Below, piece by piece: positions 51,244-64,000 of a stretch of 64,000 nt of DNA. A model generated the notes under the pieces. The model had not been told where the DNA came from. It worked only from the letters and a program-made list of their open reading frames with translations, and searched no databases. The stretch's first letter is position 1, and each line of letters starts with the position of its first letter. The position numbers and the translations under genes were made by a program. The DNA is from Lama guanicoe (taxonomy: Eukaryota), in assembly GCA_013239625.1 (NCBI GenBank), contig MU053557.1:565063-629062 (forward strand), read 5' to 3'.

Positions 51244-51420
51244 TAGGGTTGCCAGATTTAGCAAATAAAAATACAGAACACACAGTTAAATCTGAATTAC
51301 AAATCAATGATTTTTTTTTAGTATGTGTCCCGTGCAACATTTGAGACATACTAAAATGTTATTCGTGGTTTATCAGAAATTCGTTTCACTGAGTGTCCTG
51401 TATTGTATCTGACCCACTCT
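51244..51420. mobile_element. MER53-like palindromic DNA-transposon MITE
   Basis: tagggttgccagatttagcaaataaaaatacagaac...agtatgtgtcccgtgcaacatttgagacatact...gtcctgtattgtatctg. Confidence 0.85.
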
Positions 51421-52639
51421 CTTGGGGGGTCTTTGATGTATCGTGGGCCTCTTCTGGCTCATGTCTTTCAGGGATCAGTGTTCCTCCTTGCAGCCTGACC
51501 TGTAATGATAGATCCCTTCTCTCCCTCTCTTTCCTCCCGGGGGTATGCAGGTGCATAGATGCAGTGAACACTTTCATGTCACTTTCTGGCAGTGAACCCT
51601 CAGCGTGAAGCCAGATTCTCCCAGTGGGCAGGTGCCTCTGTGGGAAAGGAAGAGGTAATTCTGAAGTTATGTTAACTCCTTGGAGCCCCCAGGATTCCAT
51701 TCAGGAAGAGATCTCCTGAAGACAGGAACGCGAAGCAGCAAAGCTTCATCCAAGGGCCTCCTTTCAGCAACGTGGATGTCTCTGTGGACAAACTCTCCAC
51801 TTAGCTCATCACTGAGCAACTGGGAATGGCTGTTTTGTTTTATGCACAAAGCAGATCAGCACTGATGGCCAAACCCGCCATTGGTGTTGCCGGATTGCCA
51901 GAAACAACACTCGTGTGCCTGACGGTGGTCTCACACGTTGGCCTGGGAATGGGGCTGAAAATACCCTGTTCTTCAGGCTCAGGCCTCTCATTTTAGGATG
52001 ATTGTAAGTCGTGTTGCACAGAATCCTCCGTGAAGGCTGAGCAGCCTAGATCCTGAGCCCTTCCAGTCCCATGCCAGCCAGAGTGGTTTCATTCTTAACA
52101 GTTTAATAGCTAGGATTTTCCCTAATTCTGTGTTTGAGAGGAAGGTGCTGTTAGCAAAAAGCAAGTCTGAAAATAACTGATCTAGGATAAACTCTAATTC
52201 CTTGGGTAATACCTCTGCTTGAAAAGAGTGTTCACATTTCATCAATGCTTTTCTGAAAGGCTTCACATGGCACTCCAGGCATGCCATGCATTGGCACCAT
52301 GGCCCTCGGTTCCCAGCATCCCTGTGCCTCCTTCCATTTATAACAGATAGTTCCCTAAATAGCCCACACTCCTTCACGCCTCTGCTTCTCTATTTTGAAA
52401 ATCTCTTCTCATCTTCCCCAACCTGATTCAAGTTGGTCCCCCATGGAGAAGTCTCCAGCTTCCTCCTCCTTCTTCCAGAGTTGGAAATAGCTCTCCTTCG
52501 TCTGCCCTTCCAGACAGGTTTGTCTGCATCCATGCTTTGAACAACATGCTTCATTCATTATTCGTCGAGGCAACTCTCACCCTCGATTTTAGCTCTTGGA
52601 GACTAGGAAACTGGTCTGGGTCCCTCCCCAAAGCCAGGG

Positions 52640-52975
52640 CAGGACCGCACGTGCAGCAGTCCTTGAGGGACCGTCTCCTCGCCTGGACTGCTCCTTTTCC
52701 CATCGTCCGCGCCAAAGTCCTCCTCACCTTCAGGACCAGGATGGAAAATGGCTTCCTCCTCGATGCCTTCCCCGACTCTGTGCCCTCACCAAACACGCTG
52801 TAAGTGCTTTTACTATATTATTGCATTCCACTTACAATCATTTATTTAGATGCACATCTTGCTCCCACAAAGACAGAGCTTGAGGGCAAAAACTGTCCTA
52901 TTCATCTTTGTAAGAGAGCTCAGTGTCTCGTATTGAATTGGTACACAAACAATGAGTATTGAATGAATGAATGAC
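52640..52975 (+). mobile_element. L2 3' fragment
   Basis: gagcttgagggcaaaaactgtcctattcatctttgta...tattgaatgaatgaatga. Confidence 0.7.
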
Positions 52976-53049
52976 AATTGAATCCAAGATCAAACGGACA
53001 AAGTTCGATCTACTGCTGTTTCTTATACATTAACAGGACAGTTAGGGAA

Positions 53050-53270
53050 GCTGTATCGTAGAGGAGATTAAGAACATGGGCTCTGGACTCTGATTGAGTT
53101 TGATCCCCAACTTCTCCACTTACTAGATAGGTAACTTACCAGAAGTGAATTCACCGTTTTGTGCTCCACTTTTCTCCTGTGTAAAATGAGAGCAATTATT
53201 CCATTCTCTTCATAGGATGGTTATACGAGGCTCAAATTAAACAAGGTCAAGTCATTCTGACACTGTTAAC
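53050..53270 (+). mobile_element. MIR SINE
   Basis: gattaagaacatgggctctggactc...ccacttactag...ttttctcctgtgtaaaatgag. Confidence 0.75.
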
Positions 53271-53840
53271 TATCAGGGCAATGATGGTGATTACTATAGT
53301 TAATCCAATTAAGATGCATTACACTTCCATCATCGGCATGATGTTTTAGCAACATGCATCCATTTCCAGCCCTTCTACAATGTACACAGTTAGCACAGTA
53401 CTGCTTGCCATTAAGTGTGTCAGGGTAAGAGCCCAGCTCCCCGCTGAAACACAAACAAGTGGCCAGCCCAATCCACAAGCACAAGATGAAAACATCCTTC
53501 CTCCCTGACTCCATCACAACCCCATCGCTGTGGACAGGTACCGACTGCCCCTCGGAGGCAGCCCTCCATGCCCTGAGTGGCCCCGGCCCTGTGGCAGATA
53601 CTTCACGTCTGAGGCATCACGTCTGGTTAGAGGGGTTCTTATAGAGTCGCGCCTCACCTCCCACACCTCACACAGAGCCAGAGTTGTGAAGGCCCTGTCT
53701 CAGTAACCAGCCCTGGAATCAGCGACAGCGGGGGCTGCTGTAGCTCAGACCCATCTCTCTCCACTGGGGTGCCGTTTTGCCTTTTTATAGCGATAACTTT
53801 GTCTGATGGCTGAAGTGCCTTAGCTCTGTGGGTTCTTATA

Positions 53841-54148
53841 CAGCGGGCCTCCTGTGTTCATAGGTTTCACACTCATAGAGTCATCCAACTAAGCAGATGG
53901 AAAATACTGGGGAAAAAATTACAGAAGTGCAAAAAACAAAACTTGAATTTGCCATATGCCAGCCACTATTTACATAGCATTTACATGGTCTTAGGCGTAG
54001 TCTAGAGATGATTTAAGTCTACAAGAGGCTGTGTATAGATAATATGCAAATACTATGCCATCTTACGTAAGGGACTTGAGCGTCAATGGATATTTGGTAT
54101 CCAAGGGAGTCCTGGAACCAATCCCCCACTGATACCAAGGGACAACGG
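53841..54148. mobile_element. Tigger3/MER2-like MITE with TA TSD
   Basis: cagcgggcctcc...tctagagatgatttaag...ggaaccaatcccccactgataccaagggacaacgg; TA at 53839-53840 and 54149-54150. Confidence 0.8.
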
Positions 54149-56220
54149 TAATCACTTGAGCTTCTGTAGCTCTTGGACCCTTTATGCATAAAGTTCTGCT
54201 CCTTAATAGCTTGGTTCCTGGCCAGTACTTGTGTCTATGAGGCATGGAAATGGGCCTGTGGAAGGAAATTCATCGCTCTGGCTGCCAACCGTTTTCTCTC
54301 CAAGGCACATTCAAGGGCTTGTGAGAGTGCAGTCTGGGCTGGGGTGGATGGAGGCAAGAGAAGACAGGAGAAACCACAGCCTTCCTGGCAAGTCCTGTTC
54401 ATTTTTCCTGAAGTTTTTTTTTTTTTAAATCTCTATTAGGGATCATTTATGTTTTAAAGTCATTCCCCTTCAAATCCTTTTCTTCCAAGTAGGTTTTTGG
54501 TTGCCAGTAGAAGGTGGACAGTAATGGGCAGAGAGAGATTGACAGAGGAGCATCTGATAATGTAAAAATACATCACTTTTCAAATCAGCCAGAGTGAAAT
54601 TTGAGGAAGACCTGGACTTGAGGTTGAGCTGGGTTAGAAGACACAAGTCGGGATAATTGTAGACCTACTTCCTCCAAGTTCTTAATAAGGGTTACAGCAA
54701 AAGACTCAGCAAATACATCAATAAAACAGGTGGAAGTCCTCATGACTTGGGGACTGGCCTCCATTGTTTGAATCATTGTTATGAAGGGAATGTAAAGACA
54801 GGTTACTACACCCTGCGCCAAATATCCACTGGACTGCAGGCTCCATGAGGAAAACGGGGACTTCACTAGTCTTTTTCATCTCATATTCTCAAGGCCTAAC
54901 ATAGTACCTGGCGTTTAATAGATGCTCATTAAAAATTTATGGAATGGAAGAATGATATTATTCTTTAAATGACTGGGTATAAAAGGAATTAAAAAATAAA
55001 ATGTAAAGTTCTGTTTTTAATTGCTCCTTGGGTAGCAATTTCAGAAAGTCTACTTTTTCCTTCAATTGTCAAGTTCATGTGCTCCCAGATTTCACAATGC
55101 CTGGAGGTGAATTTGTTCATTCATTTATGTATTCAACAAATTACATCCAGCTAATAAGGGGGCCAAAAAAGATGAAACAGACAATGCTCTCAGGCACCTG
55201 ACAATCTGGTGAATCACTGCAACCTGTACACGATCCGGGAGCTTTCAGAAAGCATTTGGTAAAGGTAACAGGTATTTTTATTTAGAAATATGTAACAGAG
55301 CCTCTTAGACCTGAACTTCATTCTCTCCAAAAGAAGAAAAAGCAAAATTTCTTCAAAGCATTTATAATCCAACAGAGAACCTTGGTTCTCAAAAATAAAC
55401 CAGAAGCTCACGTGCTACAAAACAACTCAATTTCCTTTTCTATCGGCATTCCTCCTGCCCTCCCCCACACCACCACCACCAAATGGCAAAACTTCCCAGG
55501 GCCTTCTCTTCTTCAAATCTAGCATATTTCTAACTACTGTTTTTATCATAGGCAGAGGCAGCAAATTCCAACTCAGTGTGTCTGAGAAATAAATAACAAA
55601 CTTTCCAAATGACTGACCAGTGATAGACACGGATAGCCTTTCTTATGAGAAACGTTACAAGTCCTACCTGGATGCTGCTGGGTGGACCTAGGACCCATCC
55701 TGCTTCCCCTGCCCCTTCTTCATCATAAGCCTCAGGAGTCCAGTGAGGAGGCAGGACTGCCTGTCCGCCCGTAGATAGATGCTGGTTAGCTCCAAAAACA
55801 GCTGCCTCCAAAAAAAAAAAAAAAAAAAAATGAGAACCAACTGGGTCTCTGACAAGAATGTCAGAGAAGCAGAAGCCTGACCAGGCACTGGCTCACTGGA
55901 GACGGCACTGTGTGGGCTCTGTCATTTCTGAGTGCCCCAAACCAATGGTTTTGACTTCGTCGACCATTCAGTACCATGTCTGTCTCCCTTTCCCCTTTCT
56001 TTTCAGCAAAGTGAGAGGGGAGTTTTCTAAGTTACCTCTGAGGTCACCAGATAAAGCTCCAGATGACCATTTCCCTCAGAATATACCTGCATGTATTTTG
56101 CTGTCATTTAATGAAATTTTACAGAAATGCATTAAAACAAAGCTATTTAGAGAAATTTAGAAGTTTAGTTCTATAGCAACTCTGGTTGCTCTAACAGTAC
56201 CACGATATCAAAGATTTGGG

Positions 56221-56945
56221 CTAGTAGTTCTAAGCAGTGCCCTTTAAAGGGTATTTTGGAAATTTCTAGGGGTGTCTCGGTTACACAATGTTGGAGGGCA
56301 CTTTTTTCATTCGGGGAAGCTAGGGGTTCCAGACATCCTGCTGAGTTTGACAATTCAGCATAAGGGAGAACTGTCATGAAATTTGCAAGATTTTTCATCT
56401 TCTAAAAGGACCATCTTGTAGCTGAGAAACTTATTTACAGTTACCTTAATATAGAATCTTTGTTTTTACATAAATCTAAATTTTTTTTTTATTTTTTGGT
56501 ACAGTTTTAATATGAAGCAATTTTCTCGCAATGCAAATTGAGGGAAGGGCTTTTATTTTCTTTTTCACTTTCTCTAGAACATTACCAAGAGCTATTCACC
56601 ACTTCAGAAAAATCACAGCCTTCAGCAACCGCTTATGGTATTTGAGCGACCAACATAACTTCCCTGTCGCATAAGGAATGACTCAACATACAGAGGCAAG
56701 CATACGACCGCTTCCTGCTGTCTTCACGTGAAGATTGGACCAAGCATTTTGCATATTAAGATACATAGTGTTTCATAGTAAAGTACATTTATTTATTTCT
56801 TCCTTATATTGTAGATGACATTTTAATTTGTTGCGATTGTTAATATTTTGCGTATAAATAAGTTATACTATCTATGAATCTCAGTTCAGGATAGAAAAGG
56901 AACAGAACCACAAAGTACTTACTACAAATACATGTGTTAGGTAAT
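56221..56945 (+). mobile_element. MER20B-like hAT-Charlie element
   Basis: attttggaaattt...ttaccaagagctattcaccacttcagaaaaatcac...ggtatttgag...atctatgaatctcagttcaggatag match MER20B as I recall it. Confidence 0.7.
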
Positions 56946-57018
56946 ATGTTATATTCTTACTCCTTTTAAAAATCTGCTGAAAGTAGAATGTAACACACAA
57001 AGCAAACACTTGGAATCC

Positions 57019-57049
57019 TCACCACCACCACCACCACCACCACCCCCAC
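57019..57049. repeat. (CCA)n trinucleotide repeat
   Basis: Direct reading. Confidence 0.9.
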
Positions 57050-57820
57050 CGACCCAAGTACCACAGCAAATTCTGCAGTCCTCCTACAGCCACCAATATG
57101 CAAGCAGCACCAAATACCGCCCTCTGCTACAAACGCAAAAAAGACAGAATTCTTTATCTAAACGAGCATTTCAGTGAATTCCAACATTTGTACTGAATTA
57201 AGCTATTAGACTCTATTAGACTGTATCTCTGGTTAATTCTATATACTGTAAGAGAAGGAATTTTTTTTCCATATAAAAAGGATTTTACATTTTTTTAATA
57301 AAAATTGCATGTGCTGTCATAAAATGCAGCTGGAGTTTATTTGCATAATATCAGGTTTCTCAAAGTTTAGCGCAGTAATTAGATACTGCTGTCATGATGA
57401 GAGTTTGGAGCTGGGCCGGGCGGGTTTCTGCAAAGCTGTTGCCATCTCAAACTTCACCCACTCCTTTGGAAGCTCCCCATATTTCATTTGGTGCCAGCAT
57501 AAAAAAAAAAAAAACTATGGAAAAATATCATCATCATCCAGACTCAGAGAAAAGAGATTTGCACTGGTATGTTGAAATAATACAGATATTCATCTGTTTG
57601 GGAGAGTTGAGCTGTTTTGCCTGGAGACCCGTTTCTTCTTCCCCCTCCCACCAATTTACTTAGTGATGCTGAGACGACCCCTCAATTTTCTGAGTTTAAA
57701 ATTAGTACCTTTTGGAGATGATCTTATCATCTTCACGTACAGAAAACTCTTATGACTGGAGAGGTTTAATAGTGAAGTGCTGACCCGTGACGTTCCTCAG
57801 GCCAGTTAGACACCAGTACA

Positions 57821-58048
57821 CAGAGGTCATCAAAGTTTTTCTTTTACTATGAAGGACCAGGTTGTAGGTCTTTTCAGCTTTACAGGCCACAGGACTTCTG
57901 TCTGCAATTATTCAATTTTGCTGCTGTAGTGTAAATGCCACCATAACAATTCATCAATGAATGAGCAGGACTATATATCTAATATATTTTTTTTTCAAAA
58001 ATAGGTGGCAGGCTGGGTTTGGTCTGTGGGCTGTAGTTTCTGACCATG
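57821..58048 (-). mobile_element. MER58-like hAT MITE
   Basis: ttttcagctttacaggccaca...aaaaataggtggcaggctgggtttggtctgtgggctgtagttt. Confidence 0.75.
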
Positions 58049-58069
58049 ACAACAGACGATAAGAATATC

Positions 58070-58320
58070 ATTTATTAATTTATTTGTTTATTCCTTTGAA
58101 GAATATTTACCTATTTACCAAGGGTTACTATGTGTATCCAACACTGTTCAAGGTCCTCGAGACAGAGCAGCAAATCCGGCAGGTAAGGGCCCTGGGGTCT
58201 GAAACTTATTTTCTTGACAAAAGACAAACTGTAAATAAACAAACAAGTACTTTGGATAATCGTAGGTGCCTTGACTATATTAAAGCTGAATGTGTGATGG
58301 GGACTATCTGGGGCCCACAG
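58070..58320 (-). mobile_element. L2 3' fragment
   Basis: tatttaccaagggttactatgtgtatccaacactgttcaagg...gagcagcaaatccggcaggtaagggccctg. Confidence 0.6.
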
Positions 58321-61140
58321 GAAAACGTGCACGGCATTTGGGACATGAGCCCAAGGAGGTGACTTGGCAGACAGGCTGTGTGTCTGTGAACTGACGCCTT
58401 GTATAACATTAACTTTAACCCTCGTTACAACACCACAAGTTGTATTATTACACTTTTTGTTTTTAATAGAAAAGCAAAATTTTTTCAGAGGCTCTGAGAA
58501 GAGTCTCACATGCTCACACACTTGACACCAAAGATGCAGATATTTGGAAACATTTGTGTTTTCATAGATAGAAATCCTCACTTTCTGTAGAAATTGCCAT
58601 CTTGTTGACACACTCCAAATGGTCCCTGGACCAAATGATTTGGATTGTTGTTTGAATTTTCAACTTTACTTGGTAAAAGGGAGCCTGACTTAACCAAAGG
58701 TTGGGGTCCTAGAGTCATCCCTGCTGCTAACTTGTCCTGCGAGCATGGACAAGTGACCTGATTCTCTGTGTGCTGGTGTCTAACTGGCCTGAGGAACGCC
58801 ACAGGTCAGCACTTCACTATCAAACCGCTCCAGTCATAAGAGTTTTCTGTACATGAAGCCTCTTCTCCGTCCCCCTCGGTGAGGACTCTCAGACAACAGG
58901 CACCAATGATGAGATGGAGTTCTGTTCAGGCATACCACAGGCTACTCCCATTTTCCAAACCCTAGAACCATTTAGAGAAGGCCCAATTTTAACTAAAAAT
59001 CTAGCAAGGCCCAAATAAGTTTTAAAAAAAATCTATAAAATCCATAGTATTTTAAAACCAAGATAGGACAAGAACACCAATGCCTTTGGAAAATAGTACT
59101 AAAATAGCTCATGAGCAAAGACAAATCCTCTCTCTTGGTAAATGAGGCAGCTGCTGCGACCTGATCACACATTAGCTGGAAACACCGGGAAACAGCTGTC
59201 GCAAGGACACTGGTGACCAACGCATGGGTCGTCAACCTCACATGCTGCAGTTGTAGCTGCCTCTCCGGTGTTGCCCACTGTCAGGGTCTATAAGCGTTTT
59301 TGGGTTGCCTCCTTGGGTTCCCTGATTCTGACACGGGAGCCTGAGCTCTGCAGCTGATTCTGAGGCTCTCTTTCCACACTCATCCCCATCCTGTTGGCCT
59401 TTTCTTAAGTGATCTGTGTGGGCCGGCAGTGGGGACCACTCCAGCACAGAGCACAGCAATCCCAGGTCTTGCCTCACTTCATTTTTAAGTGAAGCTTGCA
59501 TCCCAGGGACCGGAGATGCGATTAACCAAAGGACTACAGCTGCAGCCTGAAAAGCTAGTTTTTATGGTTGTTCCAAACATGTGCATGGGAGTCGTTTGGA
59601 ATTCATTCCTCTGACTTCAGTTCAAAAGCATCACCTAGTGGTCTTCAGCACATATGGATGGTGAGCGGGGATGAAGGTCTCATCTGTATCTACAAAGCAC
59701 AAGTCAGACAGATCTACAGAGTCAGATTCTCCGCTCAGACTGCCTTCCTTGAGGTGGTTAACCATGTAATGACCAAACCCACATTTCATTGTGTTCTCTA
59801 TAAACCAAACCTCACTCCACAGCAAAAAGTTCCAGGTATCTGGGTTTCTGTGACTCACTATAATTTTCCATCAGGCTATCAGTAATTGCACATTCAACCA
59901 GATTGACTGGCAGGCAACAGAGGTCACACATTTTGTGGGAGAGACCACAGGGCGTGCTGGAGACTGTGACAAAGTGGAAAGCTCAGGTTGCGTACAGGAG
60001 GCAGCTTCTACTTTGTTCTACCAGATTGTTGCCATGTGGTGATGTAAGCCCCGTGCTGTAAGATCTGCTCACTCTTCAAAGGAAGCCCGCAATCTGGATT
60101 TTGATGTGAATTCCCTCAGTTTTGAATGGTTCACAATTAATTTGATTTTGGTTTAAACTCATGAGCCAGACACATCTGTGGGTTTGAACGTGGCTAGTGG
60201 CATACGGACCACAAGTTTCTAACCTCTGGAATTGATGAAACTCCTTTCTACAACAACCTGTGATTTTGAAGATTTTGCCACACCTTAAAAATGCTGCCAA
60301 ATTTAAAATTCCACCCCTGCCACGCACCCTTCTTTTTAAATATGTTATTTAATGAGAGCAGGCATTTAGGGAAGTGCATATATCATAAGAGCACAGGTTC
60401 ACAAACTAAAAAACACTCAGTTCTGGAAATAGAACATTCTGGAAATAGGCAATCTCAAAGCCCCCTTCCAATTGCTACCTACCCCCACAAGATTAATCTC
60501 TATTGTATATACCTTTTTTCTGAGTCAAATTAATGACTTAAACGAATACTGGCCGTGCATGAACTAGTTACAGTAATGCAAACCGTGGACTGCTAAAAGG
60601 CAAAGTATATGTAATCGCCATGCTAGGAACCTTGTTCTGATATTTCAAAGTATCGGCAGAGTTTAATATAACAGCCTCAACAAAGTTTGCCATTCACCTT
60701 GCCCCTACAAGCAAAGGCAAGGGGGAAACTGTGAATTCATAGCGTTTTTGTTACCTTATCCAGGTCATTTGAGCCAAATCCTTCCCTAAACACACGCGTA
60801 GTTAAAATCCAAATCCACGTGGAGTTCCCCAGTCTCTCTGAATGGAGTATTGAGACGCTATCACCATTTCTTTTCATGAAATCGGCACATGAAATACAGG
60901 ACTTTGCTTCGACGCATGTATTTATCTCACCAAGTTTACGACAGACCGTCAACAAGCCCCGCTGTGCTTTGCCTTCTCAATATGTTTCTCTTTCCTCCCT
61001 TCAGCAGTCAGCCCGCAGTTTAAGTGTTCTGGGCCTCACATCCTTTGTTTTGAAAGCAACCTGAGTCTGGCATCAATTTTTTTCAAGTGAGAAATAAATA
61101 GTCTGTGAAGCATGTTATGGCATAGTTGGCACAAGATGCT

Positions 61141-61440
61141 AAAACAGAAAGACAGGGGTTTGTGGGCTTCGTGTCAAAGCACACGCCAGCACTTGGCGAA
61201 AGCAGTCCTGGTGAGCTTACCATCGATTGTGATCGCTTCCAGATTGATGCGACCGCTGTGCATCTGCGTCGGGGGCTGCCCGCTGCAATTCAGAGCTGCC
61301 CCTCACCCACGCCCGGCTGGGCTGCGGGGCAGAGAGGCCACCCCGTTACGCCCCGACCCCCGCCGCGCAGCGCCCCCGTCCCGCTGTCTGCACGGATCTC
61401 TCTGTGACTGCGTTACTGACCGTTTCACAAAATGCCCCTT
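61141..61440. promoter_or_regulatory. Small CpG-island-like element
   Basis: 25 CpG counted in 300 bp; GC-box-like ccccgacccccgccgcg. Confidence 0.5.
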
Positions 61441-61644
61441 CAAATCCCACTTCGTGAATAACCTAAGGAACGCAATTCAAGCAACACAGATGGCTTTTCA
61501 CCCATCCTATGTAAAGTTTGTTTGCAATTTTCACCGCTTGACGAATAAGACCCATGCTTGAGGAGAGTGAGGAAATGGAAATTCTTAGGCAATGCTGGAG
61601 GCAGCCTAAACCCACACAGACGTTCTGGAAGGTAACACATACCC

Positions 61645-62161
61645 ATCTGGTAGGCAGGATTTGGGTCTCCGTGGCTTTTCTCCTAACACGACGAAAGGGA
61701 CTTTGCAAAGGAATTAAAGCTAGGCCTTAGCATAGGGAAATTATTCTGCGTTATCAGACTGGCCGGTCTGAAGATCAGAAGAGGAGGCAGAGAGGGGCGG
61801 GCAGTGCCAGCAGGCTTTGATGCCGCCGCTGGTTCTGAGATAGAGCAGGTTCCGAGCGAGGACTGGCGAGTGAGCTCTAGGAGCTACGGGAGGCCTCAGC
61901 CCGCAGCCCTCAGAGACAGGGGGACCTCGTCCTGCAGCTGTAAGGACCTGAGTTCTGTCAACAGCACGAGGGGGCATGGAGACATTCTCCCCTCCAGTCT
62001 CGGAGAGGAACGTGGCCTGCCGACACCTGGTTCTGGCCTTTTGAGACTCAAAGCAGAGAAATCAGCCAAACCCACCGGATTTTTTCCTTACGTACAGAGC
62101 TCTGAAATAATAAGTGAGTAGTGTTTTAATTCACTAGATTTGTCTTACTTTGTTACGGCAG
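61645..62161 (+). mobile_element. MLT1D/E-like MaLR LTR
   Basis: aaagggactttgca...gacctgagttctgtcaaca...gccgacacctggtt...tgttttaattcacta...tttgttacggcag. Confidence 0.75.
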
Positions 62162-62442
62162 TGCGTTAGTCAGGTGCTCAGGAGAAACAGAACCAACAGG
62201 ACACAGATATATTCAAGAGGAGATTTCTCACAGGACTTGGTTCACGTGTTATGAAGGTGGAGAAGGTCCACAATCTGCCACATGCAACCTGGAGACCCAA
62301 GAGACTTACCGGCGTAATCCAGGCAAGGTCTGGGACCCCGAGGACCGAGGGGCTTCTGGTGGCAGTTTCTGAGTCCAAGGCTGGAGAACCACCGATGTCC
62401 TAAGGCAGGAAAAGACAGATGCCCCAGCTGAAAGAAGAAGGA
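62162..62442 (-). mobile_element. MLT2 (ERVL) LTR fragment
   Basis: tgcgttagtcagg...agaaacagaaccaacagga...ccacaatctgcc...gcaacctggagaccca. Confidence 0.8.
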
Positions 62443-62449
62443 CAGGTTC

Positions 62450-63150
62450 TGGTTCAAGATGGTGACAAAAGAACGACCAGGCCTCCCTTCCTCCCACAGA
62501 CACAGCAATCTGCAGCTACAGCAAAGCAAACAGGAGAAGCAGGGGCACAGTCTTGCCATGAACCCCATCTTGGGCACAGCCACCCACAACTGGGAGGGAG
62601 TTTAAAACCCAGAGCTTCTCCCTGAGGAGCAAAACTCCACATCTGGCACCCCAACTTTTCAGATCTGTTCCTGAGAAACAATCCCCCCCCCAAATAGCTA
62701 GCTTTCAAAATCAATGGGGCACGTGGCCCCGAGACCACAAGGCTATGCCGATCTGAGAAACAGCTCTTAAAGGACTCATACTCGATTGAGGGCTCTGTGA
62801 AGAGGCAGCCTATGGAGAGGAGCCCAGACTTTATGTGCAAGAGGCTCATTTGCTAATCTTAAGATGTCGGCCTGAGGGGCAGGAATCTAATTCAGCACAC
62901 ATCTAGGTGGCCTGCTGGCTGGCAGGCACCACCTTCAAACTCCAGCCAAGAGAGGCATCTTTCCTTTCTTTTTTTTCTTTTCCCCTAATGTTAGCTTTTT
63001 TAATTTTTTTTTCTTTTTTTCCTGTGGACACTGTCTGTATGTTCTCCTTCTGACTCATTCTAGCAGGCAGGTGCCATCTTTGAGCTCTAGCTGGCAGAGA
63101 TCCATTTTTTCTTTCTTTTTCTGTTTTCTTTTTTTGTTTTTCTCTATATG
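62450..63150 (+). mobile_element. L1 5'UTR fragment (Laurasiatherian type)
   Basis: Begins ggttcaagatggtg (YY1-site-like); cacaactgggaggga...gagcttctccctgaggag; ctcatttgctaatcttaa; ggcaggtgccatcttt. Confidence 0.65.
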
Positions 63151-63555
63151 GGTGCTTTGTTTTCTATATGTGTGGATGTATTGAAGTGTATGCGATACCA
63201 TGTTGATATGATGTTCTGTCTGGGTTCTGGCTGAGGCCCCAAAGGCCAAGAATAAATCCCTGCATACTAAGTGCTCTGCAGGATTGGCAAAGGAGGTCAC
63301 TGAAAATTAATACTGAAAATTTCATCCCCCAGGGTATGAAAGATATGAAGTGGAAAAGATACAGGGAACATGGCGCTTTGGGTCTCTTCTCTTGACTATT
63401 CGTGGAAGGAGAAGTGGGGGTGGGGAAGCTGACATTCATCTTACAGCCAGCGAAAGAGGGGGGCTTTAAGAGGACCACGCAGAGAACTTGTTACCTTCAC
63501 TGGAGTTTGGAGGTACCACATGGGTTGGGGTGTGACACATTTTTTAGAAACTCAT

Positions 63556-63700
63556 TGTTTCATTCATTCAACCAAAACTGACTGAGCTGACTAGCAAATA
63601 CTATGCACTGTGCTGAGTGCTGGATTCTAGTCCTCATGTTTTTTGTTAAGCCTTTAAATAATCTAATACATTGGAATAAAGGAACAAAAAGGCATTTTAA
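63556..63700 (-). mobile_element. L2 3' fragment
   Basis: ttcattcattcaacc...actgtgctgagtgctgga. Confidence 0.65.
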
Positions 63701-63709
63701 GTGGAGATT

Positions 63710-64000
63710 TATTGTTTGCCTTCCTGAAATCCATTTCTGCTTCTTTTGGATAAAGCCCCTAGTTTGAATTAGGAGATTTCCCCTGCTGCTACCTCCTGGG
63801 ACACGCACTTGACTGCTCCTTCAACCCAAGCCAATCAGTGTCTCTTATTCCCATGATCATTGTGATTGATTCAGGAGTGAGCACATGTACCTGACAGACC
63901 AATGAGATGCAGTAAAATTTTGGCTGGAAATCTCTGAGTAGAGATAGTTTCACTTTTTCACTAGACATGGACTTGGGAGTAAGCAGTAACTGGAGCAGTT
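63710..64000 (+). mobile_element. Old MLT1 LTR, truncated by window end
   Basis: aagccaatcagtg...tgattgattcaggagtgagcacatg...accaatgagatgcagtaaaattttggctgg. Confidence 0.65.

Noticed and set aside
1..64000. ORFs in the supplied track as protein-coding genes
   Set aside because: All are 166 aa or shorter, many use GTG/TTG starts inappropriate for a mammal, many overlap repeats, and none resembles a protein I recognise; no chain of exons could be built
1..64000. CRISPR array, operon, phage or other prokaryotic system
   Set aside because: No regularly spaced direct repeats with spacers and no gene-dense regions; the repeat content is mammalian

Overview
Mammalian (eutherian) genomic DNA, most likely a camelid: it carries a tRNA-derived SINE resembling Vic-1 and L1 3' ends of camelid type, and I saw no Alu, B1/B2, BovB/Bov-tA, PRE-1 or CAN-SINE. 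The window reads as intergenic or intronic. No ORF in the track (longest 166 aa) resembles a protein I recognise, and many overlap repeats. A large fraction is interspersed repeat: MIR, L2, old and young L1 fragments, MaLR/ERVL/ERV1 solo LTRs (MLT1, MLT2, MER31, MER67, MER74, MER41-like), and hAT/Tigger DNA-transposon relics (MER5, MER20B, MER53, MER58, a Charlie transposase remnant, two Tigger MITEs). I found no evidence of a new biological system. The most notable observations are: (1) several very short TSD-flanked retroinsertions, one made of just AATAAA + 23 nt + poly(A); (2) a possible decayed, unidentified processed pseudogene at about 22.4-23.6 kb; (3) an L2 inserted inside an L1 ORF2; (4) an L1 fold-back; (5) two CpG-rich non-repeat elements at 26.0 and 61.3 kb; (6) scattered short GC/CpG-rich patches within old repeats. 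Repeat family names come from my recall of consensus sequences, not from a search. Boundaries without TSD/TIR support are approximate to tens of bp.
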